Assembly (NCBI RefSeq): GCF_001194135.2
Contig: NC_068984.1
Coordinates: 120,964,843 to 121,015,836 of the forward strand
Origin: Octopus bimaculoides
Lineage: Eukaryota
DNA: 50,994 bases
Direction of reading: 5' to 3'
The notes under the pieces are model-generated. The model ran no database searches and was not told the DNA's origin. It was given only the letters and a program-made list of their open reading frames with translations. Shown one piece after another: positions 50,559 to 50,994 of this stretch. The position numbers were made by a program, and so were the translations under genes. The stretch's first letter is position 1. Every line of letters begins with the position of its first letter.

Positions 50559-50570
50559 CTCCTAAAACTG
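50559..50570 (+). CDS. Gene B 12-nt microexon (S-P-K-T-G/x), phase 1-1
   Basis: Branch-like ctaat, polypyrimidine tract ttattttttctcttttcag|CTCCTAAAACTG|gtacgt. In frame after exon 47757-48296 (T+CT=Ser). Confidence 0.55.
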
Positions 50571-50639
50571 GTACGTATATTAATTTATTTCACATTTCAC
50601 TGGCTTAAACATGAAGCTATTCAACAAGTATGAAAGAAG

Positions 50640-50850
50640 AGAATAGCCAAGTGTAACTTCATTAACCAAATCTCGAGAAAATAGTTTCATCTTATACAAT
50701 TTTTTGCCAGTAATTTTGAGGAGAGAAGGGTAAAGCGATGCCATAGACATCTCGACATTTAAACGAGAAGAATGCGAAGAACCGAAAGAAATATCGCAAA
50801 GCATTTTGTTCGAAGCTTTAACAATTCTGCCGATTCGCTAGACTTATGAT

Positions 50851-50925
<75 letters not shown>
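50640..50925 (+). mobile_element. Decayed CR1/L2-like LINE 3' end with (AAC)12(AAT)13 tail
   Basis: RENSFILYNFLPVILR...FKR resembles the NSF...LFN.LP..IR...FK C-terminal motif, followed by a trinucleotide tail at 50851-50925. Confidence 0.45.
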
Positions 50926-50926
<1 letters not shown>

Positions 50927-50994
50927 TAGATACCAAAATTCAAACACAACACACATATGTGCCTGTTGATGTTTCTGTGTATGTGTGTGTGTAT

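Overview
AT-rich, microsatellite- and SINE-dense eukaryotic genomic DNA with 8 N-gaps. The repeat families and texture suggest an octopus/coleoid cephalopod (inference, not verified). Most ORFs in the supplied track are microsatellite or gap artefacts. Reading splice sites by hand gives two tandem + strand genes for secreted von Willebrand factor A (vWFA) domain proteins. Gene A has its 5' end probably upstream of the window: small exons at 472-515?, 1503-1516? and 5481-5528, then vWFA exons 11795-12391 and 15651-16243 (stop TAG). It pairs a MIDAS-intact domain with a MIDAS-degenerate domain carrying an odd cysteine. Gene B has ATG at 35224, a signal peptide split over exons 35224-35256 and 41806-41842, a vWFA exon 47757-48296 and a 12-nt microexon 50559-50570, and continues beyond the window. 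The rest is three tRNA-derived SINE families (some with TSDs, one dimeric), several Tc1/mariner remnants (one with D41D spacing), LINE fragments (Tx1/L1-like, CR1/L2-like), an 81-bp-arm intergenic hairpin and local duplications. I found no evidence of a wholly new system. The best leads are the vWFA pair with its microexons, an identical 17-nt donor site in two gene B introns, and the long hairpin.
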